Assembly (NCBI GenBank): GCA_963692915.1
Contig: OY843584.1
Coordinates: 384,001 to 448,000, forward strand
Origin: Cenarchaeum sp.
GTDB lineage: Archaea > Thermoproteota > Nitrososphaeria > Nitrososphaerales > Nitrosopumilaceae
Direction of reading: 5' to 3'
DNA length: 64,000 nt
Shown here: one piece after another, positions 63,912 to 64,000 of the stretch
Position numbering within the stretch: position 1 is the first letter of the stretch
Layout: each line of letters opens with the position of its first letter
The notes under the pieces: model-generated
Seen by the model: the letters and a program-made list of their open reading frames with translations, nothing else
Database searches by the model: none
What the model was told of the DNA's origin: nothing
Made by a program: the position numbers and the translations under genes

Positions 63912-64000
63912 ATGATAACGGTGGATTGCCACGACGTTGAGGCCATAAAGCACGAGCTGGCCGTGTATGTCGCCGACCAGCTCGGCGCAATTCCGGCGAT
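63912..64000 (+). CDS. Hypothetical protein, 5' end only
   Basis: MITVDCHDVEAIKHELAVYVADQLGAIPA.. runs off the window; TAAAATA box upstream. Confidence 0.55.
   Translation, partial: MITVDCHDVEAIKHELAVYVADQLGAIPA

Overview
Chromosomal segment of a GC-rich ammonia-oxidising archaeon. The 16S/23S sequences and gene repertoire point to Nitrososphaerota (Thaumarchaeota), Nitrosopumilaceae-like. High GC and a giant surface protein recall sponge-associated Cenarchaeum-type lineages, which is inference. The backbone is housekeeping: polB, tpiA, pfdA, ftsY, argF, speB, DnaJ-ferredoxin, 3-hydroxybutyryl-CoA dehydrogenase, hemL, a 16S-23S operon, msrA, rpl11/rpl1/rpl10, archease, scpAB, six archaeal shikimate-pathway genes, rpl40e, cysS, nadE, geranylgeranyl reductase and four tRNAs (two with introns). 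Accessory DNA comprises an intact single-ORF IS66 element (16-bp TIRs, 8-bp TSD), two AT-richer islets each encoding a YwgA/Panacea-like protein, and an ~18.5 kb region after aroA. That region holds a G17 tract, a 5,223-aa Ig-repeat surface protein and a solitary MORC-type GHKL ATPase with a possible AbiEi-like tail, preceded by a 46-bp tandem repeat array. The most striking observation is that two domains of the giant protein are split by in-frame, circularly permuted blocks of Ig repeats bounded by 5-bp direct repeats, the pattern expected from integration of circular DNA cassettes. All calls are by eye; no searches were run.
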